From the human T2T-CHM13v2.0 reference genome, Homo sapiens, in the NCBI GenBank assembly GCA_009914755.4, contig CP068257.2, positions 22,368,001 through 22,432,000 on the forward strand: a stretch of DNA of 64,000 nt. The letters run 5' to 3'. Numbering within the stretch: the first letter of the stretch is position 1; each line of letters opens with the position of its first letter. A model generated the notes under the pieces. That model worked only from the letters and a program-made list of their open reading frames with translations. It made no database searches and had not been told where the DNA came from. Positions 12,217 through 24,997 of the stretch are shown one piece after another. A program made the position numbers and the translations under genes.

Positions 12217-12408
12217 ATATTTGGGAATAAACCCTTTCAGTTATCTGAATACAGTTCTTTGATCTAACAGAATTTAGGCTCTACTTTAAGCTCTTTGAGA
12301 AAAAACAATGACTCAATTAAAATAATAGAATAATAAACATTCTCTATTTAGATTAGCAAACTCTTCTTGTTCAAAGTGTGTAAAATAGAGAACAACTTCT
12401 CCAAACAT

Positions 12409-12718
<310 letters not shown>

Positions 12719-14084
12719 TCCCTCCAGACATGGTTTTAACCATGAATTTTTAAGATATTCTCTCATAAAAAGAGATCTATCTTTGTCATGCACATAAACA
12801 GAAAACTGAAAAATCAACCCTGTTTCAAAGGGAGAACAGATTTTTAAAAAGAAATAAAGTAAGAGTAAACAGTATTTATTTATTTTAATTAGTTTCAGTG
12901 GCTGTTGATGGACTGCTATTATATCCCATAAGAAAAATTGACTAGAGACTCAATTCGTATGTGAACAATAAATTAACACTATTTTAATATATTTGCTATG
13001 AGATAGAAGGGAACCAATCTCTCAGCCCCTTAAAATTTTACTTTGCATCTTTAACATTGAAAGACAATAGAAAAGAAATCATTGCTTTACAAGGTTAGCA
13101 TCCTGGGTCATTGTATTAAAATCTTAGACAGTAGTGTTCCTGGGGTCACAGGTCATTTAGCGCCTCACATCTCTTAAATACTTTGAAGGGATTATGTACA
13201 CCATTATGTAAGATTTTTTCATCCATTTCGAATAATTCAGTTTTACATCATTTAAGCCCTCCGTTAATTTTGGTGATGTACTTCTAAACTTTTTCCCAAT
13301 GGGTAAATAAACTTAATTCAGAAAGAAATTGTGGTTTGGAGTTCTAGCTTTCAGAATGGTAGCTCCCAAGAGAAAAATTGTTTTGGAAATGGTAAGAAAG
13401 GATCAACCACCTTTAATTCTATCAGGAATTTAATCTTGTAATAAGCCTGAAAATTCCATTTTTGTTAATAGAAAGAGAATCCGCATGAAATATAGAGAGC
13501 AAACCGTTTCCACTGGCAGCAAAAACAACTACACTGAGTCATCACACACTCAGCATATAAAATTGATTTAATTATATTGAGGAGAAGGGGGGTGAAAATG
13601 GACTGAACTAGCACAGTCAGCCAAATGCAAACAAAGCACAAAACTCAAATTGTGTTACTGATGGAGAGGTAACATTCTGTCAACACTGTGCTGTGCTTTT
13701 CATCTTTATGCCATTCTCAGGTGTCCTCGCTAGTAGCAATCCCAACCAGTCTTATTTAAAAATATATGTCCCTTGCTGGGCATCATGCCTCATTTATGAT
13801 ATGGCTTTCTTTGGAAGGATACTTCAATTTTCCTTACAAGGAAAACCAATAAAAGAATTCAATAAGTGACTTGAACATTGTATTGGCTCACCCCTTAATG
13901 GTCTTAGAAATCCATTTTTCTATATCAATCTGTAGCATCCTCCACCTCTGAGTCCAGTGTTACTTCACCAGATGCAAATAGAGATCAACACTCACTGGTT
14001 TTCCTTAGGGTCCAGGTTGTTCTCTGGATTATCGCTAAAGAAATCTATTACACTGAGAGTGAATCAGGTATGTTTCTCACAGAA

Positions 14085-14245
14085 AGGCAGCATGGCACTG
14101 AGAGGTAAGTCTGGACTGGAATCAGGAGACCTGGAACTTCCTGCCAGTCCTGCTACCATGGTGAATAATTCACTTCTGTTTGCAAAGCTTTCTGAGTGAC
14201 CTTTCCATACTTACAAATTTCTCATCTGCAAAATAAAAGGGTCCT
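14085..14245 (+). mobile_element. MIR SINE fragment
   Basis: 'ctggaatcaggagacctggaacttcctgccagtcctgctaccatggtgaataattcacttctgtttgcaaagctttctgagtgacctttccatacttacaaatttctcatctgcaaaataaaagggtcc' parallels the MIR core '...tgtgaccttgggcaagtcacttaacctctctgagcctcagtttcctcatctgtaaaatgggg'. Confidence 0.45.
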
Positions 14246-16189
14246 TGGGAAAATTGACAGAGTTCTCACAGTGCTACAATTCTATGAATTTAACCTGGTT
14301 TATTTGATTTATAAATAAGTAAAATCAGTTTAAAGCCATTAGAAATGACATTCCTAAATGCGATTCATTAAGCATCCACAAATTATCTAAAGCAATGGTT
14401 AGTATAACAAAAAAAGCCTGTATTTTAAATTATAGTGTTTTTTAGGTTATTATTATAAAAAATAATTGTATAGACCAAAAACATACAGCCAGGTTCAAAA
14501 TATTACACTGAAAACCCTTTAGTAATATTTTTCAAAAATATTATACTAGGAGTTTATATATTTTCCTAACACCTAAGGAAATGAGTATTAAATAAAACAT
14601 GAAAATTCATCAATATTATTTCTCACTTCGTGGGTTATCTGAATGATATAAACCATGAAGCAATAAGTAATATTGGTTTTGAATTTTTACCTTTCTTGCT
14701 AATGTTCTATATGAATACCAAAATTTTCTTTAATTGTAAGATTATAATAATGTTCAATAGCTAATCCAAACTCATGTGTGTAGTTTTAGTTTCCTCTTAG
14801 ATTTAGGATTATATTTAATGTGATTCTGTTTGTCTGGCAGTGTTTCCATTATTTTGGCAGCTGGCAAGGAGGATTGGTTATACGAAGCTTTTCTATTTTC
14901 CCTGCAATTTCCAACTTGGCTCCAACTTTTAGTAATCGTATTTTTGCTTCCGTTTAAAGGAACTGTATGCAGAATGTCATTTATTAGGTAACCACTTATC
15001 TGTGAAAAAATCCTACTTATTCTATTTTTGACAAAGTGATAAAGATAGCTTTGCAGTGAAATGCTGAGTAACAAGCAAATCAGACTGCAACATAGACTCG
15101 GGAAAAAAAAATCTCTGCTAAAAAAAGTCAAATCCATCTACCCTTTGAGGGTTAAAAAGAAAAGCATTTCTACCAACGATACTAAAGTTAAAAAAACGTA
15201 GAATTTATGATGTTTTCCCTTTAAAACTAGAGAACAAATAATTTATGACTGCTACAGGCCTATATTTTCATTTCAGTGGAATCTTAGTGTCCCCTACTGG
15301 TATTCAAAAAATGTAAAATATTAATAATATTTTCTGGTTTTCTTTTTAGAGAAGTATTTTCTATTATAGCAACATGGAAATCTTCCAAAAGCATTGTTTT
15401 ATTAACCTGACCTTTGTAAAGTTGAGAATGAATGTGAGTTTAGGTTCTACCTTTAGGCAGATTTTTGAAACCTAACTGAAGCTGCCAGTTAAACGCAAAG
15501 CAATATTTTTTAAAGTTAACTGATCTGCAGGGTTTGAATTGAGTTGTTTCTGAACCATAAGGTAAACAAGTGATGTATTTTCTTTCATTCTCTCCTTTTG
15601 TAAGTTTAATTTTTGTCAAAGTAGTATAAAAATGAATTCAAATGTAATTATAGCCTTTTGGTAGCCTCTAGGACTATAGAGTTTTTAAAAACAAAACAGT
15701 CCATTGATTTTTTTCCACCTGTCATTCCTGCTTTCCAGAGGCCACAGAGTTCAAGTCCTCTAGCTATATTCTTAAAAATCTGCCTTTTTATTTCTAAAAA
15801 AATCAAGTTTATGCTTCCATTTCTCTCTTGTTGTTTTCAAATTAGCCACTTCTTTTGACTCCCTACAATGAAAGATAAGAATTAAGCTTTTTACCAAAAA
15901 CACACACACTTACAGGGAGTCACATCCCTCCCCACATATCACACACAACCTTAAAATATCAGTCACAGCTGATCCCTTATTATATAATTATTGCATATAA
16001 TTTCCTATGTACACTTGCTTGTCCTGAAAACTGAAATAGCCCTTAATCCTTTTCTTTTATATAGCCATCATTAAACACTAGTATATTTCATGTATACATA
16101 TTTATGCACAGACTTTTTTACATATTAATAACAGTCATACATTCTTTGAAGTCAAAATAAAATGATTGGGTTAATGCGTTTAGTGAATT

Positions 16190-16350
16190 TACAGAGGGAA
16201 GACAGTATCTCTATTTTCTGAGCCCCAGACTAGATTCCAGAGACCAACCTAGTTGCTAGAATTCTGCCACTGACTACCTGTGGAAGCTTGGGTATGTCAT
16301 TTTACCTCTCCATGCCTCCAATTTTTCATCCGCAAAATAAAAACATTGGC
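16190..16350 (+). mobile_element. MIR-like SINE fragment
   Basis: 'gagccccagactagattccagagaccaacctagttgctagaattctgccactgactacctgtggaagcttgggtatgtcattttacctctccatgcctccaatttttcatccgcaaaataaaaacattgg'. Confidence 0.35.
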
Positions 16351-16840
16351 CTATACTTTCTAAAGTTCTCTGACACAATTCTAATATAAAATATTATATG
16401 ACATTATGTTAAATATAATATGTTTGATGATATTATATACACATAATATAGATTTAAAAATTTGAATAGGGAAACTCAAAAGAGACTGATAAGGCTTATT
16501 TGTGTCCAGTTCTACTAGTGAATACTAGTATTTCCTGTGAGTTGGATTGTTTATATGCAGTGCATACTTTATTTTACATTCTAAAAGCCTAGAAGATGGC
16601 TTTCAAACTTTAACTTTCATCCATTTATTCTACCTGGGGTCATTATTAAAATGATGATTCTAATTCAGTGGATCTGAGAACAGGCCTGAGATACTGCTTT
16701 TCTAATAGGTTTTGCAGTCTCACTTAGAGCAGAAAGGGCCTACAGTTTAATTTCAGCTGGACCCACCTAGAGAACAAACCTGCAGAACTTCCTCCAGTGT
16801 GTAGGCCACCAAATTCCTCAACACAGCAAGGGTTGTATTG

Positions 16841-16950
16841 AAGAATTAGGTATTCTTACTAGGTACAGCAAATTATGTAATGAGATTTTGTTACCAAGTA
16901 TTAATGTGAAGTATATTTCTTCAATTTATGTAGTCTTTATGGTAGAAATT
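16841..16950. repeat. Inverted-repeat arm A (partner at 17284-17390)
   Basis: The reverse complement of 16841-16950 is 'aatttctaccataaagactacataaattgaagaaatatacttcacattaatacttggtaacaaaatctcattacataatttgctgtacctagtaagaatacctaattctt'. It aligns at ~85-88% with 17284-17390. Confidence 0.75.
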
Positions 16951-17283
16951 GCCAATGCCATTCCTGTAGAATATATTTAGCTGTGTATAATATTATCTTT
17001 CAAATCAATGGAGACCAATCTATTTATCAGCCCTTCATAGGACTCCAAGCCATCAAAGAAGACGATACGATGCTCACAGAGCCATGAATTTATAAGTTAG
17101 CAATATGTGTCTAGATTATTTGCAAAGCATTTCTAATTAGACTATTCATTCCTTTTATTTTTTTAAGTAATGTTTGAATTCCTCGTCAGCCCAGATTTCA
17201 CCATTATGCAGTATATGCATGTAACAAAACGGCACTTGTACTCCTTAAATGTATACAAATAAAAATAATAACAATTTATCTTT

Positions 17284-17390
17284 AAATTCTACCATAAAAC
17301 TACATAAATTGAAGAAATATATTTAACATTAATACTTGTTAACAAAATATCATTACATAATTTGCTGTGCATAGTAAGGAAAACATTCTT
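17284..17390. repeat. Inverted-repeat arm B (partner at 16841-16950)
   Basis: 'aaattctaccataaaactacataaattgaagaaatatatttaacattaatacttgttaacaaaatatcattacataatttgctgtgcatagtaaggaaaacattctt'. Confidence 0.75.
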
Positions 17391-19579
17391 ATATAAATTA
17401 TCTCATCTCAAAGAAATGGCCTCCAAACAAAAACAAACAAACAGAAAAAGAATTCTGGCAATTTCTCAAACACCTTTCATACTGCCAGAATAGTCTGCTG
17501 TGAACAATTTGTCCCAGCAGCACTCCATCAGAAAGCACTGTATTGCATCAGTAACACTTCTTTCTGTAGTTTATCAGGAAAGACCATGAAAGAGAGTACT
17601 TTTAATTATTTTTTCGATTCAACCGACCTGCTTTCTAAGACCATGTCCATAAATCATTGTATTTGACCTCTGCAACCTCATCTCACCACACCAGAGGAGG
17701 AAATAGGCCTCCACTCTTTCCTCAAGAAATCACGAGAATCAAAGTCAATTTCCTTTTGAACTCTCCTTCTAAGGCGTCAGAAGAAGTAATCATCTTCTTA
17801 CAATCCCTCCCACCACCTCCTTTTTAATGCTGACCAGAAACCTGAATAAACTCACATTTGACACCCCCCGCCACAAAATGCCTCTTCTCATACAGAATTT
17901 AATGGACACTCCGACCTTCAGAAGAAAGTGGTCCTGATTAAATCAATTAAATATGTTCCCTTCCACGTAAAATGTGCTAGCAAATGGTTGTTATTTTTTT
18001 TTAATCTTCTCAAGAAGAAGGAGAATGAGATTCATTTTTTATTGAGTGTCTAGTAAGACACTGGGCCAGCCTTGAAGATAGAGGAATGAGGGAGAGAGAT
18101 ACCATCCCTGCCCCATCCTGAACTTCTGGACACACAATTCATTAGTGGCCAAGCTCAGACTAAAATCAGAAGCCCCAGATGCTTGGCCTTTAACTTTGCT
18201 TCCTGACACCAAATTACCTAACAAAAAGTATTTCTAATGTACTGAGTCTCAATTCTTGTGAGAGGTGGAATGAACCGTGGAGCCCTATAAAATAATCTTT
18301 GACCCCTACAGCTCATCGAAGTTTAGGTCCAGGTTTCTGTGTTTTTAAATGTCTGCAAAGGAGTTTCTCCAAGTAGAAGGTTTACATGTTACCAGCTGGT
18401 GTTTTCTCCAGATATTGTTTGTGTACTCACTTAGGTATTAAAAAATGGTTGGAGGAAATTAAAACAAAAATATGGTTTATAAAATAGCTTAACTAAATTT
18501 GTTGGTAGTCTGAAATCAAAATGTTGCGGTACATTTCTGTAGGTGTATAATTTATTGCTGAAAATACCTTTTCCATAAAATGCCTAGTTGGCTGTCATTC
18601 TTCCTTTCTCTCTGTTTACTGAGTAAATGGAATAAAATTATGAGATCAGCTCCAAACTATGTTCCAGATCTAAACTTGTATGTTTAACCATAGAAGGATC
18701 AATGCTTACTCAAAGCTAAAAGTCTAGACTATTTGTGATCCGAAAGTTTACTGGGTTCAGGAAACTATCGAAGTGGCAGATGGGAGTTTCATATTGTTTT
18801 CTGGAAAGATACAGGAAAGAATGAGGTTTGTAGCCAACATACATTAATACAACCAGCTCTGATTCTACTTGCTGTGGCATTGTATACATTCCCTAAAATC
18901 CTTTAAGGATTTCAATCTCCAGGTTTAAGTAAGATAAGTCTCAAAGAGCATTTGATGGCAGATTATTTTATTTCATACATGTTGAAACTAATAAACAAAA
19001 GTAGAGAAAATGTCACCTACATATTATTAACATAATACACAAGAAACTGCCTAAGGTCGTAGGTAGTTTAACAGGTTAAGCAAAGTGGAATTACAAAATA
19101 ATATTTTGATTTTCTTCTAGTTTTTAATTTCTAAACAGAATTAGCTGGTTCTTTTGTATAACATTAAATATAATCCATATAATAAAGAATATTTCATTAT
19201 TGATAATTTTTGTTAAAGTTTAATTTTCAAGGCAAACACAGTGTATCAGAATAGTGAGCCCTCTTCCATAAAAGCACTGTGGAATAGATATTTAGTTTTT
19301 CTTGTTGCCATAAACATTTCTTCAAGGATTTGTATCTAACTTTATTACATTTGAAAATATAATTGTATTGATAAACTATATATTTTTTATTTAATATGTC
19401 AAAAACATTTGAGGCATATTGAAGTATAGCATCCATCACAAAGAAAAACATCTACTGTTCAATTAACAGAAAGTGGTTTAGAACGTAGACCCAGACATAG
19501 GTCATATAGATTTTGGTCAAATTTTAACTCAGCTCTGAGCTAAAGACCTGGTATGTGTCTTTAGGAATGTTACTTAATC

Positions 19580-19682
19580 TTAGCTCACTGCAGCCTTAAA
19601 CTTCTGGGCTCAGGCGGTCCTCCTGCCTCATCATCTTCCTCAGTAGCTGGGACTGCATGTGTGTGCCACCATGCACAGCTGA
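19580..19682 (-). mobile_element. Alu fragment (about 100 bp)
   Basis: 'tagctcactgcagccttaaacttctgggctcaggcggtcctcctgcctcatcatcttcctcagtagctgggactgcatgtgtgtgccaccatgcacagctga' is the reverse complement of the Alu left-monomer region. Confidence 0.8.
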
Positions 19683-22600
19683 TCCTTCTCTTTCTATGAA
19701 GATAAGGTTAACATCAATTAATTATAGGTATTATTCTAATCGTTATTTTAAACAGTGGCTTAGTTGGCATAAATTTTTTTTGGAAGTAAATAAAAATGAT
19801 ACTTTCAAGTAGATTTTAACGTTAAAGTCTTTAAAGATTTATCCTCCTGTTCAACCTGTAAAGTCTACTCACTTGATTATATACCCAAGTCAGAAGTTCT
19901 GGGACTTGGAATGTGCTTGTTTTGGAATGTTTTTAATCTGATTTTTTAAAAAAATACAGTTTATTTCTCAAAATTTCTAAATGATTTGTTTTCCTAGGTT
20001 GATAGAGTTTATTAATTTTGACATTTAGAGTTTTCTTTCCAGAATTTTTAGCTTTTAAGTAGATATTATCTGCATAAAAATGTGTTTCTGGCTTTCACCT
20101 TTTCTAGAGTTACAAGCTAAGACATTTCTACATACCAGCCAGTAAGAAAGTCTAAAAAGACTACTCGAAAATAAGGCACATGTCTCCTGGCAAAACCAAA
20201 TTTTAAAGGGGTTTGGAAAATTGGAAGGGGATTTGTAAAGCTGACCTATCACCGGCTGCCACTTATGTGGGAGGTGGAGGGCAGGCTATTATAGCATTCC
20301 TTAAGGAAATTCACAAGTATTGCAATCAGGACCTGTCCATTAGTAGTAAAGACTGAGTATTTCCAACTGGGTGCTCACATATCCCAATACAATCTTAAAA
20401 TAAACCCATTACAAATCTCAAGCAAGAAAACGCAACATTTGTAGCATCTAAATATGAGTTTTATTAAGTAAAGAGCAGGTAACATTTAAAAAGAATCTTA
20501 CCAAATTAAGTTTAAAGAACATCATATAGAGACCCATGTTGGTATTACTGAAAAGTAAGATATTTATGTCACTGCGCCAATAGAGTATTCCATCTTGGCT
20601 GACATAGGCGAAAATGACTTGCAAACCCGCCAAAAACTGGGAGATTGAGACAAAAGGACTAGAAGAGAAAAAAACAGAATGTAGTCAGAAAATCTCATGG
20701 AGAATAGTGAATTACACCTTGAGACTTTGCATCATAGAGCTCATAAAATGAAAACTGTACATTGATTTTTTTCTCTTGGTTCAGCTAGAGAGATACTATA
20801 TCAAACATTTCTAAAAATAACACTTTCCACTGGTTTTATCTTATTAAACTGAAAATAAAGCAGTGTTTCAGTAAGGTTGTTGTAAACATGCATTAAAGCT
20901 ATTGTTTGTCAACAGAGGAAGGAACTGAAAAAAATTACAGCACTCCCTCTAAATTATTTACCATAATTACAACATTAACTATAATGAACATAATGCACAG
21001 TTGAAAGACAACTGGTATAAATATGGCTAAAATGCCCAATTCATTGAATAATTCATTTTTCTCATAAATATAATATCATGATTCCTGGTCGTTGAAAAAT
21101 TTATATTTCATAACTATAATAGAATGTTGATAGATTGGGTAAGACCTGAGAGAATTTTAAGATCCTGTCATTAAATCGATATCCTCAGTAACAGAATTTT
21201 CTGACCAAATATTACTAGATAAAATGCACACCTCAATCATAATTTTACTCGGCAGATTGGAAATATGAGAGTTCAAACAAGAATCAATTCAGTTCCATTT
21301 TCTTCTCAAAAAAGTGTATAAGGGACTAAGCAAGATCATTGGTTCCAAGTGAATACCCAAACTACTTTAGCAGGCATTCCTGCTTAGACACTTTTACTTC
21401 TTGCGGCACGTTATCAGTCTCTTTACACTATCACCCCTTAGGAGTCTGGAGTCATTCTGTGAGAATTCTTATCTCCCTTTGTTCAAGCTTACTTTTTCGA
21501 GAAATATTCTTGGATGATACTGAATAAAAAGAGCAGTTCTCAGTAATCTCTCATTTCTAACAACTTTGGGGATAAGTCCAGGGTATTAGTTGTAAATACA
21601 ACACAGAAAACCAAATATCTCAAGTAGGAATGAAGCCTCTGAGTCAGACAAATCTCTTTGAGATTGAAGACAAGCGTGAGACTATTATATTCCCAGATTC
21701 TTCTTGTAAAAAATGAGGATAATCATGACACCTATTTCATAAGATCGTTAGAATTGTGGGAATGTATGGGAAATTCTAAATCCTATGTATGATATGTAAT
21801 AAATACACATTTAAACGCATGCTTCCACCTGCCTTGCTGCCATTGTTATCACATCTGGAAGAGCACAGGGGTCAGTTTTCATGACGTAGTAGAAAACTGG
21901 TGTTAAATATCTTGAAAAAATAATTAATGTGGCAAGAAGTTGACTGAGAGACAATATTATATATAATATTTGAGACAAATTACAGAGGAAAAGGGCAAAC
22001 TGTAGAAAAAGCCATATATATATGAAATATATAAAAAGCCATATATATAACTAAAATATAAATAGCCATATATATATAAAATCTCCAGAAAATAATCATT
22101 TCAGCCTCAGATTATAGGCCTTCTGGGCAAATTAAAACCTAGAGAATCTAAGGGAAAAAGGCACTTGATGAGGACGGAAGACATACTAAGTTAGAAGAAC
22201 ATGTTATGTTACTGATACTCTGTTACTTGTTAAATTATCTTCATGTTAAAAGAAGAAGGTTAATGGAAGAGGACACAACACATTCTGAAAGTCTAGAAAA
22301 TCGAATTTGCCTACCTGTCTTTGACAACAGAAGTTTTAATACAGTCAACAAGGCAGTAATACCTCAATCTTGCACATACTCTGGATTCTACAGTGACTCC
22401 TGTGTCCAGAGCGATATCAGACTGACACAAAGCACTCTACCTTTAAGAATTGTAGATTGTGTAAATGCTAATTTGTACTTGTATCATTTTTTATTCACCA
22501 ACACTCTTGAAAGCTAAGAATAGCACATGATACATAATAACTACTCAGTATAATGGGTTAAATAAATTGACAGAAAATACATACAAATCCAAATATCATT

Positions 22601-23067
22601 GTATATTTTATTAAAATAGCAAAGCTGTATCTATCTTTGACCTTTTTTCAGCAATTTATCCTTGGGGATATAGGCTTCAAAAACTCTTAGAAGCTCAGGA
22701 ACAAAAGTGATAAATGGGAAATATAATGCTAAAATTGATTGGAGAACCATCAGGAGAGCGAGATATGCTTTGTCTTTTCAATTGTGAGAATTAGTGCTGG
22801 ATAGCAGAGTGCAGAGTATATCGAATACTAAAAACATGGTTTTACCTATGTAGTTGAATTGGCTTGGTTTTCCTACTCTCATGGTACTGTATCTATATTA
22901 CTCACTCATTAGTTTTCACCTCTGACTCTTTGTTTCCATTCATTAATTTAATACATCAAATGGAAAATTGAGTAAGTAGGGGTTTTCCCCCTCATGTTGT
23001 GTGTGTATCACATTATTCTTTCATATGGCATGTGGGTACATATACACACACACATACCTATATAAAG

Positions 23068-23166
23068 TGAGAGAGAGAGAGAGAAAGTAAGAAAAATGAA
23101 AGAAAGACAAAGAAAGACAAAGAAAGAAAGAAAGAAAGAAAGACAAAGAAAGAAAGAAAGAAAGAG
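23068..23166. repeat. (GA)n / (AAAG)n compound microsatellite
   Basis: 'gagagagagagagaaagtaagaaaaatgaaagaaagacaaagaaagacaaagaaagaaagaaag...'. Confidence 0.9.
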
Positions 23167-23599
23167 TGAGTTGAGGACACTTTGAAAGATGAGGATGAGA
23201 AATATGCCTAGGTGACATTCATTTATACGGGTTTTTCTGAAGAAACTCGATAATTTACAATGCAAGATTCATCCAGTACTAAAGCCTAAAGATATGTTTT
23301 TATTGGCTTCAGACTTTCCAGGACAGATTTCAGATTTTCAAAAGCCCCTGGAAATTGGGAAGGGAAACCCGTTAAAGGAGGTCATGTGGAGAGGGGGAGA
23401 TAAAATCTGTATATAAACTTTATGGAAATATTGATTATACTCAGAAGTAAAGACTCATGTAAAGGGCATTAAAGAGCTTAGTGGAAAATCAAAGAAGAAA
23501 AACCTAAAGTGGTGAACAAATATTTAAACTGCTGGTCAATACAGAGAAGAGAGTTTGCAGTTTGAGTCATGCCAACTGAAGCAGACTCCATAAATAACT

Positions 23600-24997
23600 A
23601 AGCCTTCCCATCCACACATAAGAATTGCTATATCTTAAGGTTAAATAAAACATCCAGTAGCAGAGGAATTAATCCTAAGAGTAAAACAGAATAGTGTTGT
23701 TAGAACATAGTATAAAACCAAGCCTACAAAACCTCAGTATGATCAGCTGGTAACGTATTTGCACAATCAAATGAATAAATCCTCTTCTAAAGATGTAAAC
23801 TAAACCAAAACCTATGGAAACAGACTATGCACAATATCTAGTATATTATAAAAATTAGTAGACATACCAGGAAGGAAGAAAATATGACTAACTGTCAAGA
23901 CCAAAAAACAGTCAATAAAAACAGACCCTGAGCTTGTTCAAAGGTCAAATTTAAAATAAGGTCTTAACACATTCACTTTTGACATCTTCGAGAACTTAAG
24001 GACAAAAAATATCATAATGACCAAATACATGGGTAGGTACTTCAACCTCAAAGAAGAAATTTAAAATAGAAACAAATAGATATTATAAAATTAAAAATAT
24101 TATATCTGAAAAACAAAAACAGGATGGCTTAGCCATTCACCCTGTAGATAGTTAAAAGATGTCATTTTAATTGAAGAACAACAACAAAAAAAAATGGAAA
24201 GCATAATGAGTAGGTCTTTCACTACTTGTAAGACAATGTCCAATTTTCTAATGTAAGTGTAAATGGTCCTTTAAGGAGTGGAAAAAGAGATTGTCCAGGA
24301 AAAATAGTATAGTTGAATAAAAAAATTGCAAACTGTCTAAATTTTATAACAATATTAAACCAAAAATACAAGAAGTTTGATAATTCTCAAGAAATGTATC
24401 AGAAAGTAAACAAAATAAAAAGTAGTTAGTTATATCATATTCAAATTTCTAAAAACAAAAAGAAAAGATAAAACCTGAATGTCACCAAAATAAAAATAGC
24501 AGATTACTTACAGGGGAGCAACAATATGAATTATAGCCAGTGTCTCCTCAGAAAAAATGGTGTAAGAAAACAATAGAAAAATAAGTCTCTCAACTAACAA
24601 ATATATATAGACAGAAAATATTCTTGAAACATAAATGAAAAATAGAGATTTTTTTTTTTCAAATAAAGCCAAGAGGAGACCCATACTATAGAAAATGTCA
24701 AAGGAAATCTTACATTGAGAACAAATGGCATAAGATGGGAATTAGAATGGGCATGAAGTATTGAACATGGAAAACAAAATAAAAATAGCAGAAAAGAGAA
24801 AAGGGACATATTGAATTATACTAATGCAATAACTGTTAATAAATAAATAAATAAATAATATCAAGTAGTATAGCTGAAAAGCTAATAGAGGAATCAAAAT
24901 AGAACAGTAAAATAGTTAATACACCCAAAAGAAAGAAGGAAGAAGATTTAAAAAAATTAATAAGTAGAAGACAAATAGAAAATAAATAGCAAACGGA
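23600..24997 (+). repeat. A-rich degenerate LINE-like/low-complexity tract, unresolved
   Basis: Long A-rich sequence with L1-ORF2-like phrases, ending in (AAAT)n at ~24835-24860. No confident alignment by eye. Confidence 0.2.

Noticed and set aside
14772-15137. 121-aa minus-strand ORF in unique sequence
   Set aside because: Reasons are the same as above. It is Lys/Ser/Leu-rich and low-complexity with no supporting signal.
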